A stretch of DNA of 64,000 nt. Source: Gemmatimonas sp. Its GTDB lineage: Bacteria > Gemmatimonadota > Gemmatimonadetes > Gemmatimonadales > Gemmatimonadaceae. The position numbers and the translations under genes were made by a program. The notes under the pieces were generated by a model, which saw nothing but the letters and a program-made list of their open reading frames with translations, was not told the origin of the DNA and searched no databases. Below are positions 19,936 through 29,343 of this stretch, piece after piece (the first letter of the stretch is position 1; every line of letters begins with the position of its first letter). The stretch covers positions 1-64,000 of the forward strand of contig JANNVQ010000055.1 of the NCBI GenBank assembly GCA_031414535.1, in the 5' to 3' direction.

Positions 19936-20052
19936 CTTCGTCACTGCTTTTCGAGCGTTTTTCCCTCGCAAAACGAGGGTCCTCAAAGTTGCGGAAGTGT
20001 CGGCGGTGGAGCAGATTACCCCTCGTTCGCGCCCCTCTGGAGACCCTCCTCG

Positions 20053-21480
20053 ATGGTTCCGCACGTGACCCGCTTTTTCCTCGCCATTTCCGCCCTTGCC
20101 CTGATGGCAATGCCGGTGGCGGCTCAGCGCCCTGCACTCACGGGCGAAAAGGCCCAGGTCGCCGACGCGGTCAAGGCAGATCTCTCGCGGCTCTCCGACC
20201 TGCAGACGGCGCACCACAACCGCACCCGCGTCTACGCTGCGGATGCTCGCGACCTGAACTTCACGCCCACCTCGGGCGCCACAGTCAACATCGCCTACGC
20301 GTCCATGAACGCGTGGGCGGCCAACGCCACGCACCCCACGCTGTCGCCGGTGGCCTGTTTCATCATCATCTCCTCGGCGGAGCCCACGGGCCCAGCCGCG
20401 CAGCCGTTCTGTCAGGAGGGTCGCCCTGGTTCTACCACGGTGGCCTCGGGACAGCCCAGCACGGGAGCGGCCACCACGCCGCGTAACGCGCCCACCGCCT
20501 CGCCAAACGCGCCGGCCACCACGCCCAACACGGCACCCTCGACGCAGACGACGCCCGCGCAGCCTTCGCGGTCGGGCACGCCGAGCGTCCCGGTCACACC
20601 CGTCCCGGCGCCGGGCGTTCCGGCAGTAACCACCTCGCCCTCGCAGCCGGCTCGCGACGCACAGCCGACGCGAACTGACGCTCCGGCCCAGACCAGCACA
20701 CCGCGTCCGGAAACAGGTATGTCGCCAGTGCAGCCGGCTCAGCCGCTGCGCCAGCCGGGTGCCATTCAGCAGACGGGCGGCCCCATCATCCGTCCGCAGC
20801 AGCCGAGCGCGCTCCCGTATAGCGACATCCCAGCCAGTGCCCGCGCCGGTACGCGCGACATTGACCCCGCTGGCATGACTGTCCCCAGCGCAACAGAGAA
20901 CGTCACGCCGGCGCAGTTCTCGGCCAAGCTCAACGAGTTCGCACAGGGTGCCACCACGCTCCTCGCGCAGATTCCGGCCGATCTCGAGCGGATTGTTCGC
21001 GATCCCTACGAGAGCACGGCGGAGTTCCAGGCACGTCGCGCCGCGGCCCTCGAGTCAGCGCAGCGCAAGGAACGCGAGTTCTTCCAGCAGAACAGCAAGA
21101 CGTACAACGTGGCCGTGCCGGTGCGCGAAGTGCGGTACGATCCTGATCGCGAGATTTTTGAGTTCACCGTGGATGGCATGGGCCTGCCCATCACGCGCGG
21201 CGAAGGCACCGCGCCGGGTACGCTCACCTTCACTTGCTACTCGCGTCCCGTTTTCTGGTGCAGCACCGAGGCCGGCATAACGTACGAGGCCGGCGATATG
21301 TGGAAGATTCCGCGCGCCACGGCGCGCCAGTACGACATCCTCCGCACGCCGCTCACGCTGTACGCTCGCTTTGCCGTCGGTCGCCGCAACGACGCTTCCG
21401 TACTGGCCATCGCGCTGGTCTCGATGGATCTTCAGGCGCGTGGGCAGTCGGTTTCGCGGTGGGACGGCACGTCGCGCTGA
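20053..21480 (+). CDS. Secreted protein: pilin-like globular domain + Pro/Thr/Gln-rich linker + unknown C-terminal domain
   Basis: Sec signal peptide; 'KADLSRL..Q..H......Y....LNFTPTSG...WAANATHP...C...C'; long low-complexity linker. Confidence 0.65.
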   Translation: MVPHVTRFFLAISALALMAMPVAAQRPALTGEKAQVADAVKADLSRLSDLQTAHHNRTRVYAADARDLNFTPTSGATVNIAYASMNAWAANATHPTLSPVACFIIISSAEPTGPAAQPFCQEGRPGSTTVASGQPSTGAATTPRNAPTASPNAPATTPNTAPSTQTTPAQPSRSGTPSVPVTPVPAPGVPAVTTSPSQPARDAQPTRTDAPAQTSTPRPETGMSPVQPAQPLRQPGAIQQTGGPIIRPQQPSALPYSDIPASARAGTRDIDPAGMTVPSATENVTPAQFSAKLNEFAQGATTLLAQIPADLERIVRDPYESTAEFQARRAAALESAQRKEREFFQQNSKTYNVAVPVREVRYDPDREIFEFTVDGMGLPITRGEGTAPGTLTFTCYSRPVFWCSTEAGITYEAGDMWKIPRATARQYDILRTPLTLYARFAVGRRNDASVLAIALVSMDLQARGQSVSRWDGTSR

Positions 21481-22460
21481 GCCCGCTCGTCGGGCTCAAC
21501 GATTTCCGCGCCGCCGCTGACATTCTTCGCGGCGTCGCCGTTCGCACGCCGCTACTGCCCGACGACGCACTTTCCGAGCGACTCGGCGTACCGATTCTAT
21601 ACAAGCCCGAAACCCTCCAGCGCGGTGGAGCCTTCAAGTTCCGCGGCGCCTACACCTACCTCGCGAAGCTCTCGCCCGAAGCGCGCGCACTCGGCGTGAT
21701 TACGGCGAGTTCAGGCAATCACGGCCAAGGCGTGGCGTTGGCTGCCAAGATGTTCGGTGTGCGCGCCACGGTCGTCATGCCCACCACCGTGCCGCGCGCC
21801 AAACGCGATGGCGCCGAGCGCTTGGGCGCTCGTTGCTTCTACCATGGCGTGACCACGGCAGAGCGTATTGCGCGCGCCACCGAGATTCAGAATGCCGAGG
21901 GACTGACCTTCGTGCCGCCGTTCGACGACGACACCATCATCGCGGGGCAGGGCACCTGCGGTTTGGAGATTGTCGAAGACCTTCCGAATGTCGGGACGGT
22001 GCTCGTGCCGATCGGTGGCGGTGGATTGAGTTCTGGCGTGGCCGCAGCGGTGAAGCTGCTCGCGCCCAATGCGAGAGTGATTGGCGTGGAGCCCGCGGGT
22101 TCTCCCAAGTACACGAAGGCCAAGACCGCCGGCGAACCGGTGACCATCCCCGCCAACCCTGACGGCCTCGCCGATGGCCTGCTCGCCGTGCGCATCGGTG
22201 CGCGCAATTTTGAGCATCTTCAGGCATACTTGGATGATGTGGTGACGATACCTGATTCAGTACTGCACTGCGCCATGCAGTACGCGCTCGAGCGGATGAA
22301 GTTGGTGTGCGAGCCCAGTGGTGCCATCACGCTGGCGGCCCTACTTGATGGCACGGTGAAGCCGACCGGCCCCACGGTCGCCGTATTGAGTGGCGGGAAT
22401 ATTGAATACGACGGCGTCCGCGCTCTCTTAGGTGATGGCGCAATGGGAGGAACCACCTGA
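21459..22460 (+). CDS. PLP-dependent threonine/serine dehydratase family protein
   Basis: RTPL, GAFKFRGA (PLP Lys), SSGNHGQG, PIGGGGL, EPSGA, LSGGN. Start estimated at GTG 21459. Confidence 0.9.
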   Translation: MGRHVALSPLVGLNDFRAAADILRGVAVRTPLLPDDALSERLGVPILYKPETLQRGGAFKFRGAYTYLAKLSPEARALGVITASSGNHGQGVALAAKMFGVRATVVMPTTVPRAKRDGAERLGARCFYHGVTTAERIARATEIQNAEGLTFVPPFDDDTIIAGQGTCGLEIVEDLPNVGTVLVPIGGGGLSSGVAAAVKLLAPNARVIGVEPAGSPKYTKAKTAGEPVTIPANPDGLADGLLAVRIGARNFEHLQAYLDDVVTIPDSVLHCAMQYALERMKLVCEPSGAITLAALLDGTVKPTGPTVAVLSGGNIEYDGVRALLGDGAMGGTT

Positions 22461-23485
22461 TGGCAATGCGCTGCCCATCTTGCGGCACCGAGTACGCTGA
22501 CGACGCGCGCTTTTGCACCAAGGACGGCACGCGCTTGGGCACGAGCGAAGGTCCTTCGGCACGCGCCACGGCCGTGCGTGCAAACGATGGTCCGTCGGCG
22601 GCGACGCTCGGTGCGCGTCCGGCCGCCACTAGCCATGCGAACATGGCCGGTCAGGTGCTGGATCGCCGCTACGCCATCGTGAAGAAAGTCGGCGAGGGTG
22701 GTATGAGCTATGTGTATCTCGCCCGCGACGTCTCGAGCGATACACGCTACGCCATCAAAATCCTTTCGCCCGCGCTCTCCAAAGACGAAAACGCGATGGC
22801 CCGCCTGCGTCGTGAAGCGGCGCTCGGTATTCGCCTCGCGCATCCGAACGTCTGCCACATCGTGCGTATGGGCGAGACTGAGGATGGGCTCTGCTATGTG
22901 GTGATGCCCTTCGTGGAAGGCGAGATCCTCTCCGATCGCAATTATCGCGTGGGCAAGACGACGCTGGCCGACACGGGCAAGTTCATCTCGGAGATCGCCG
23001 ACGGGCTGCATGTGGCGCATCAATTGGGCATAGTCCATCGTGACCTCAAGCCCGAGAACATCATGATCTGCAAGCGTCCCACGGGTGAGGAATACGCCGT
23101 GGTGATGGACTTCGGTCTCGCCAAGGAGCGCAAAGCTGGTGGCGAACTCCAGAAGCTCACCGCCACGGGCATCATTCTTGGCACGCCGGAGTTCATGAGC
23201 CCCGAGCAACTGCGTGGAAGGCCGCTCGACCCGCGCACGGACATCTACTCGTTGGCGCTGATGACCTACGAGATGCTGACGTCCAAGCTGCCGTTCGAAG
23301 GTGGCAATCAGCAGGCGATGATGATTGCGCGTCTGCGCGCCGAGCCGATTCCGGCGCGGAGTCGCCTGCCAGAATTGCCGGAGGCGGTGGACCGCGTGTT
23401 GCTCAAGGGTATGGCTCGCGAAGCGGCCGATCGCTACGTCACGGCACCGGAGTTTGCCGCCGCACTGCGCGCCGCAATCGGGTGA
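22460..23485 (+). CDS. Hanks-type Ser/Thr protein kinase with N-terminal zinc ribbon
   Basis: CPSC..FCTKDG ribbon; GEGGMSYVY, AIK, HRDLKPEN, DFG, GTPEFMSPEQ; no TM segment. Confidence 0.92.
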   Translation: MAMRCPSCGTEYADDARFCTKDGTRLGTSEGPSARATAVRANDGPSAATLGARPAATSHANMAGQVLDRRYAIVKKVGEGGMSYVYLARDVSSDTRYAIKILSPALSKDENAMARLRREAALGIRLAHPNVCHIVRMGETEDGLCYVVMPFVEGEILSDRNYRVGKTTLADTGKFISEIADGLHVAHQLGIVHRDLKPENIMICKRPTGEEYAVVMDFGLAKERKAGGELQKLTATGIILGTPEFMSPEQLRGRPLDPRTDIYSLALMTYEMLTSKLPFEGGNQQAMMIARLRAEPIPARSRLPELPEAVDRVLLKGMAREAADRYVTAPEFAAALRAAIG

Positions 23486-24357
23486 GCGCCAGGCTCGCTG
23501 CCGCGCTCACAATCCTGCTGGCGGCACCGCTCGCCGCACAACCCGCAGCACGATCGGCAGTTCAGCAACCGCGGTTCGCGCAACCCGGCCGCGCGGATTC
23601 CCTCCTCGCACAAGGCCGGCTCGCCGCGGCGGAGGACGCGCTCTACGCGGCAGCGGATGCCAAGCCGCGTGATCCCGGGTCGCGGGGCGCGCTCGCGGCG
23701 TATCTCGCTTCGCGCGGGCGCTTCACCATCGCGCTGGTGTTGTTCGATGAAGCGCAGCGCTTCGGCGCGGACCCCGGGCGAGTTCAGCTCGCGCGGGCGT
23801 CAATTCTGCCGTACTTGAACGCCGCCGCTGCCGGCCCCGAAGTCAGCGTCCCGCTTACACCAGCACGGCAGCCTCGCACCCTTGGCCTCATTCCAGTGCG
23901 TGCTGTGCGCGCTGCGCCGGCTACGCAGCTGGCCGCCATTGACCCCAACGTCGCCGGAGTGGTGATGGGGACTGATGCCGCACGGCGGTTCGAGATTCAA
24001 CGCGGACGCCCGCTGCCCGAATTGTGGATTGGGGAGCGTCGTGTATTGCGCTTGTCCGTGCGCATCGACTCGACGTATTCGGCCGACGAAATTCGGATTG
24101 GCCTCGACGTACTCTGGGGATTGCAGCCGCTGTTTGACGAGCGTGCCGGCACGCTCACACTCGGTCGGAGCATTCCCGCTGAGAGCGGCGTGCCTGAAAT
24201 TCCTTGGATTCTGACCTTCCCCGGGCTCTTGCTGGTGCCCGACGTTGGCCAAGCTCCTGTACGCATCGAAAGCGCGCGCGGCCGTGCGTTGCTTCGTGGC
24301 GCGCGTTGGCAGATTGACACCCGCGCGGCCACCATCCGCGTCGAACGGCCGCAGTAG
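23482..24357 (+). CDS. Secreted hypothetical protein, TPR-like N-terminus, possible degenerate retropepsin-like domain
   Basis: Signal peptide; helical TPR-like segment; IGLDVL...FDERAGTLTL; GTGA overlap with the kinase. Confidence 0.6.
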   Translation: MSARLAAALTILLAAPLAAQPAARSAVQQPRFAQPGRADSLLAQGRLAAAEDALYAAADAKPRDPGSRGALAAYLASRGRFTIALVLFDEAQRFGADPGRVQLARASILPYLNAAAAGPEVSVPLTPARQPRTLGLIPVRAVRAAPATQLAAIDPNVAGVVMGTDAARRFEIQRGRPLPELWIGERRVLRLSVRIDSTYSADEIRIGLDVLWGLQPLFDERAGTLTLGRSIPAESGVPEIPWILTFPGLLLVPDVGQAPVRIESARGRALLRGARWQIDTRAATIRVERPQ

Positions 24358-24387
24358 CGCGACCACAGCGCAATCACGCACTCGACT

Positions 24388-25284
24388 ATGCCGTCAATTC
24401 GCGCCCGCCTTGCCAACCTCGCCGCACGGCTTCTCGTGAAGCGTGTGCTCAACAAGCCGACGTTCAGTCTCGCCGAGACGCGTCGTGCGATGGGTTCGCG
24501 CGGTACGATGCCGGCGTTCCTGCCTCGTGGTTTGCGCGTGGTCGCATCGACCGACGCTGCGCTGCCGGGTGAGTGGCAGCGCCCTGATGGCGCTGCTCAC
24601 GATGCGGTGATTCTGTTTCTGCACGGCGGCGGCTACGTGGCTGGCTCTCCCAAGACGCATCGCTCATTCAGTAGCTGGCTGGCGGAGGAGGCGCAGGTGC
24701 CCGCGATGTCGCTGCGTTATCGTCTGGCACCGGAGCATCCGTTTCCCGCTGGGCTGGATGACGCCGTGCTCGCGGCACGGACTTTGGCGAAGCGGGGTAG
24801 TCGCGTTGTGATTGCGGGTGACTCCGCGGGTGCCGGTTTGGCGATTGCCACGGCGCTACGGCTCCGCGACGAGGGCGAGTCATTCGTGCGCGGACTGGTG
24901 CTCATTTGCCCGCTCACGGATCTCACCGAGACCTCGGAGTCACTGCGCTCTAATAAAAACTCTGAGCCTTTGCTCGGCTTGCGGCATCGCGAGCATGTAC
25001 TCCGCAGTTATGCCGCAGAGACGGTGCTCACACACCCGTACCTATCACCCGTGTACGCCAATCTCGCGGGCCTGCCTCCGATGATCGTAGAGGCGAGCCG
25101 CATCGAAGTGCTTTGGGATGACGCGCGGCGTTTCGTGGAGGCCGCACAAGCGGCCGGCTGTGAGATTGCGTTTCATCCCCACGATGGCCTCGCGCACGAC
25201 TGGCAGCTGATGGTGCCCATCACGCCGGAGTCTGTTGCCAGTACGCGACGGCTCGGCGCCTGGATCGCCGAGCGGATGCGCTAG
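24388..25284 (+). CDS. Alpha/beta hydrolase, HSL-family esterase
   Basis: HGGGY oxyanion motif, YRLAPEHPFPA, GDSAG nucleophile, C-terminal His. Confidence 0.92.
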   Translation: MPSIRARLANLAARLLVKRVLNKPTFSLAETRRAMGSRGTMPAFLPRGLRVVASTDAALPGEWQRPDGAAHDAVILFLHGGGYVAGSPKTHRSFSSWLAEEAQVPAMSLRYRLAPEHPFPAGLDDAVLAARTLAKRGSRVVIAGDSAGAGLAIATALRLRDEGESFVRGLVLICPLTDLTETSESLRSNKNSEPLLGLRHREHVLRSYAAETVLTHPYLSPVYANLAGLPPMIVEASRIEVLWDDARRFVEAAQAAGCEIAFHPHDGLAHDWQLMVPITPESVASTRRLGAWIAERMR

Positions 25285-25721
25285 CGACCGTTTCGCTTGA
25301 GCTCGACGAGCAGGCAACGATCCTGAACGACTTCGATGTCTGACCGCGCCAGCTCGGCGGCCACTTCGTCGTTGCGAATGCCTAACTGGAACCACACCGC
25401 CCGCGGGCGTGCCGCCAGAAGGTCATCGAGGTGGCCGGGGATATCTGACGGCCTCCGAAAGACGTTCACCAAGTCCACGCGCTCACCAATTTCGCGGACG
25501 CTGCGGACGACGGGCTCGCCGAGGATTTCGGTCACGTCCGGGTAGTAGACTGGCACCGGATAGATCTTGAGGCCGGCGCGCTGGGCGTACTCCGGCACGT
25601 AGTAGGCCGGCGCTCCTGATTCCGCTGTCTTGATGCCCAGCACCGCCACGGTGCGCACGCGCGCGAGGAGGTCGTCAATCTGCGCCGAGCGTTCGAGGAG
25701 GCGGGACTGCCAATCGGTCAT
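25281..25721 (-). CDS. CoA-binding protein (YccU-like)
   Basis: TVAVLG, VDLVNVFRRP, AVWFQLGI, VVQDRC. Start at MTDWQ. Confidence 0.88.
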   Translation of the reverse strand: MTDWQSRLLERSAQIDDLLARVRTVAVLGIKTAESGAPAYYVPEYAQRAGLKIYPVPVYYPDVTEILGEPVVRSVREIGERVDLVNVFRRPSDIPGHLDDLLAARPRAVWFQLGIRNDEVAAELARSDIEVVQDRCLLVELKRNGR

Positions 25722-25810
25722 CGTCGGATGGAGGCGGGGTGAAAATCTGAGTGAAAATCCGGTAGATTTGGAGGCTGTCCAGAAAAGTACCCCCCGTCCG
25801 GAGCCATACA

Positions 25811-26962
25811 ATGCGGATGCTCGTCCTCGGTGCCGGCCTTCAAGGCTCGGCGTGCGCATATGACCTACTACAAAACGATTCCATCACCGAGGTGCGCCTC
25901 GCGGACAGAATCGTCGATCAGCTGCCAAAGTTCCTCCAGCCCTATGTGGGCGGGGAGCGCCTCAAGCTCATCACACTGGACGTGAAGGATTCCGCTGCCG
26001 TCGCCCAGGCGATGGACGGCGTGAAGTCCGTGATGTGCGCCCTGCCGTACTACTTCAACAAGCCGATGACCGAAGCGGCCATCGCCGCGGGTGCGCACTT
26101 CTGCGATCTCGGTGGCAACACGGAGATCGTTCAGGAGCAGAAGACGCTGAACGCGTCGGCGGCCGCGAAGGGCGTGACCGTCGTGCCCGACTGCGGACTC
26201 GCGCCCGGCATGGTGAACATCCTCGCGCAACTCGGAATTGATCGCCTCGATGTCACGCAGTCGGTGCGCATCTATGTAGGAGGGCTCCCCCAGGAGCCCG
26301 TCGGTCCGCTCAAATATCAGATTGTCTACTCTATTGAAGGCGTGCTCGACTACTACACGACGCTCAGTTGGATTGTGCGCGACGGCAAGCGGATGGAAGT
26401 GAAGGCCCTGAGCGAGATTGAGCCAGTACACTTCGATTCGCCCGTGGGCGAGCTCGAGGCCTTCCACACGGCGGGCGGACTCTCGACGATGGCGCATCGT
26501 TACGAAGGGAAGATTCCGGAGCTTGAGTACAAGACACTACGGTATCCCGGCCACGCCAAGATCATGGAAGCCATTCGTGAACTCGGCTTGATTGACTTGG
26601 CGCCCGTGGACGTGAAGGGCCACATGGTCTCGCCGCGCGATGTCGCGATTGCGCAGATGCATCCGCGCCTCTTTAAGAAAGAGAGCCCAGATCTCGTGGC
26701 TCTGCGCGTAGTGGTGAAGGGCACGAAGGCCGGCAAGGCGCAGGCACACACGTTTGAGCTCGTGGACCGCTTCGACGCCGCCCACGGCATCAGCGCCATG
26801 ATGCGTACGACGGGCTACTCGCTGTCCATCACCGGCCAGTTGCAGGCGATGGGCGATGTGAAGCCAGCTGGCGTGCACACACCGGACGAGTGTATGCCTG
26901 GCGAGCGCTATGTGACGGAGCTTGGCAAGCGTGGGATTCTGATTCGGCAGACGGTTTCGTAA
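25811..26962 (+). CDS. Saccharopine dehydrogenase / lysine 6-dehydrogenase family
   Basis: VLGAGLQG, DLGGN, DCGLAPG, YKTLRYPGH, AMMRTTG. Confidence 0.88.
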   Translation: MRMLVLGAGLQGSACAYDLLQNDSITEVRLADRIVDQLPKFLQPYVGGERLKLITLDVKDSAAVAQAMDGVKSVMCALPYYFNKPMTEAAIAAGAHFCDLGGNTEIVQEQKTLNASAAAKGVTVVPDCGLAPGMVNILAQLGIDRLDVTQSVRIYVGGLPQEPVGPLKYQIVYSIEGVLDYYTTLSWIVRDGKRMEVKALSEIEPVHFDSPVGELEAFHTAGGLSTMAHRYEGKIPELEYKTLRYPGHAKIMEAIRELGLIDLAPVDVKGHMVSPRDVAIAQMHPRLFKKESPDLVALRVVVKGTKAGKAQAHTFELVDRFDAAHGISAMMRTTGYSLSITGQLQAMGDVKPAGVHTPDECMPGERYVTELGKRGILIRQTVS

Positions 26963-26968
26963 GACGTG

Positions 26969-27088
26969 CACCACGAAGGCACGAAGGGCTCACAGTAAAC
27001 TCACGGCCCCGCAATCCTAAAGAAGAAGTGCTTCTTGGAATGGCGGGGCCGTCGGATTGTCGCAGCACCCTTGGTGCCTGCGTGGTGA
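26969..27088. repeat. Family A palindromic element, copy 3
   Basis: CACCACGAAGGCACGAAGGG ... CCCTTGGTGCCTGCGTGGTGA; inner ACGGCCCCGC..AAGAAG/CTTCTT..GCGGGGCCGT. Confidence 0.88.
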
Positions 27089-27118
27089 AAGCAGTTCACA
27101 AAACTTTGAGGTATCGCA

Positions 27119-27709
27119 ATGGTTCGCACCGCGAGCACGATGTTGGAACTGGGGACGCAGGCGCCGGAGTTCGCGCTCTCGCGCGTGGACACCGGCCGAG
27201 TGCTTGCCTTACGCGATCTTGCAGGGGCGCCCGCCACACTGGTCATGTTCCTCTGCGCGCACTGCCCTTACGTGAAGCACGTCGCACCGGCGCTCGCGAC
27301 GCTGACCTCCGAGTTCATTAAGCGCGGAGTGGCGGTCGTGGGCATCGCCTCAAACGATGCGACGGCGTATCCGGATGACGCGCCGGACGCCCTGGCGCGT
27401 GATGCCGCAGATCGCGGATACGAGTTCCCGTATCTCTACGATGAATCGCAGGCGGTGGCCAAAGCCTACCAAGCCGCCTGCACGCCGGACTTCTTCCTGT
27501 TTGATAAGGACCGTCGCCTCGCGTATCGTGGGCAGTTCGATGCCTCACGACCGCGCAACGACTTGCCAGTGACCGGCGCCGACCTCCGTGCGGCCCTGGA
27601 GGCTGTGCTCGCGGGCACGCCCGTGCCAAAGCCCCAGTACCCGAGCATCGGCTGCAACATCAAATGGAAGGACGCGCCGGAGTACTTCAAGCCTGAAGGC
27701 GTGAAGTAG
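27119..27709 (+). CDS. Thioredoxin-fold (AhpC/TSA, redoxin) protein
   Basis: CAHCPYV, YPDDAP, FPYLYDESQ, AACTPDFF, SIGCNIKW. Confidence 0.9.
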   Translation: MVRTASTMLELGTQAPEFALSRVDTGRVLALRDLAGAPATLVMFLCAHCPYVKHVAPALATLTSEFIKRGVAVVGIASNDATAYPDDAPDALARDAADRGYEFPYLYDESQAVAKAYQAACTPDFFLFDKDRRLAYRGQFDASRPRNDLPVTGADLRAALEAVLAGTPVPKPQYPSIGCNIKWKDAPEYFKPEGVK

Positions 27710-27720
27710 CCTCAGACTGA

Positions 27721-27778
27721 GACGGATGACGAATGACGGATGCCGAAGCAGTAAAGCATCCGTCATCCGTCTTCCGCC
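27721..27778. repeat. Family B heptamer hairpin element
   Basis: GACGGAT-GACGAAT-GACGGAT-GC / 12-nt loop / GC-ATCCGTC-ATCCGTC-TTCCGCC. Confidence 0.85.
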
Positions 27779-27807
27779 CACCCTCTGGGCGCGGATAGCC
27801 CTCCCCC

Positions 27808-27853
27808 TTGCCATCCGCTCGGAGCGGCCCTAACCTACAACCGAATGGTTGCA
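27808..27853 (+). promoter_or_regulatory. Promoter and palindromic operator of the ArsR-SRPBCC operon
   Basis: TTGCCA-17 bp-TAACCT, followed by the palindrome CAACC-GAAT-GGTTG (27838-27851) overlapping the ATG. Confidence 0.7.
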
Positions 27854-28210
27854 CGTTTTCCCCTCCCCGACGCGGACCTTGACCGCCTATTCCGCGCACT
27901 CGCCGATTCCACTCGGCGCGACATCGTTGCGCGGGTGCTCTCAGGCGAAGAGGCCTCGGTGTCTGCCCTCGCTGCGCGCTACGACATGTCCTTCGCAGCC
28001 GTACAGAAGCACGTGGCCGTGCTGGAGGATGCGGAACTCGTGACCAAGCGCCCCCAAGGCCGCGAGCGGATGGTGCGCGGCAATCCGGAGCGGCTCGCGC
28101 GGGCGCGCGCCGTGCTTCTTCAACTCGAGGGGCTCTGGATGTCCCGCTTCAGCCAGCTCGATGCGATCCTCGCCGAGCGGCGGCCCACGAAGGAGACGTC
28201 ATGCCAATAA
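27845..28210 (+). CDS. ArsR/SmtB-family transcriptional regulator
   Basis: LFRALADSTRRDI, wHTH MSFAAVQKHVAVLE..LV. Confidence 0.9.
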   Translation: MVARFPLPDADLDRLFRALADSTRRDIVARVLSGEEASVSALAARYDMSFAAVQKHVAVLEDAELVTKRPQGRERMVRGNPERLARARAVLLQLEGLWMSRFSQLDAILAERRPTKETSCQ

Positions 28211-29178
28211 CGGAGATCATCTCGAACGCCGCCGACTTCACACTGAAGATTGTCGCCGACTATCCCGTGTCGGTGGAGCGGCTCTGGGAGGCGTATTCTG
28301 ATCCGCGGCAGATTGAACGCTTCTGGGGACCGGAGCAGTGGCCGGCGACGTTTACGCGGCACGACATGGCTGTAGGTGGCATGTCCACCTATTACATGAC
28401 CGGACCCGACGGCAATACGTCTGGCGGATACTGGCGCTTCCTGACGGTGGAGCCGTACAAGTCATTCGAAGTCCTCGACGGCTTCGCCGATGCTAGCGGC
28501 GCACCCAACGATAGTATGCCGACCATGCGCATGGTCTTTCAGTTCTCCCAGACCGCGACGGGCTCGCGCTTCGAGATCGTGACTTACTTTCCCAGCCTCG
28601 AGGCCATGGAAGAGCTAGTGAAGATGGGCATGATGGAAGGCATGAAGTCGGCGATGGGGCAAATCGATGCCGTGTTGCTCGACTTGAAGACCTTCGCGGC
28701 CACGATGCCGACCGAGGCGCAGATACTCAACGACACGCAGATTCGCGTGAGCCGCGTGATTCGCGGCCGCGTGGCAGACGTGTGGCGCGCCCATCACGAT
28801 CCCGCTCTCATGAAGCGTTGGCTACTTGGTCCCGATGGCTGGACGATGCCCACCTGCGAGATCGCCACCACGGTTGGACAGCGCTATCGCTACGAGTGGG
28901 AGACGCTCGATAAGTCACAGCGCTTTGGCTTCGAGGGCGAGTTGCTGGAGACGAACCCGCCGCATCGCGCAGTCACGAGCGAGCAGATGATTGGGATGGA
29001 CGGTCCCGGAACACGCAACGAGATGACGCTCACCGCGGTCCCGAGCGGGACACTGCTCAGCATCGTCATCACCTACCCGAGCAAGGACGTGCGCGACATG
29101 GTACTCGGCACCGGCATGACGGCCGGCATGGAAACCAGCTATGCGCGGCTTGAGCGTGAGATCCTTGTGAAGGCTTAA
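28201..29178 (+). CDS. Tandem SRPBCC/AHSA1 domain protein
   Basis: Two START-like repeats (LWEAYSDP..ERFWGP; VWRAHHDP..KRWLLGP). Confidence 0.88.
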   Translation: MPITEIISNAADFTLKIVADYPVSVERLWEAYSDPRQIERFWGPEQWPATFTRHDMAVGGMSTYYMTGPDGNTSGGYWRFLTVEPYKSFEVLDGFADASGAPNDSMPTMRMVFQFSQTATGSRFEIVTYFPSLEAMEELVKMGMMEGMKSAMGQIDAVLLDLKTFAATMPTEAQILNDTQIRVSRVIRGRVADVWRAHHDPALMKRWLLGPDGWTMPTCEIATTVGQRYRYEWETLDKSQRFGFEGELLETNPPHRAVTSEQMIGMDGPGTRNEMTLTAVPSGTLLSIVITYPSKDVRDMVLGTGMTAGMETSYARLEREILVKA

Positions 29179-29184
29179 CTGCTT

Positions 29185-29305
29185 TCACCACGAAGGCACG
29201 AAGGGTGCCGCAATAATCTTTCGGCCCCGCAACCCCAAAAAGCATTCCTTTCTTAGGGTTGCGGGGCCGTCAGTTTGCAGGGAACCCTTCGTGCCTTCGT
29301 GGTGA
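29185..29305. repeat. Family A palindromic element, copy 4
   Basis: TCACCACGAAGGCACGAAGGGT ... ACCCTTCGTGCCTTCGTGGTGA perfect arms; inner CGGCCCCGCAACCC/GGGTTGCGGGGCCG; between convergent genes. Confidence 0.92.
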
Positions 29306-29343
29306 TTGCTGTTTCAGTGGCACGACGACGTTGAACCGCGACG

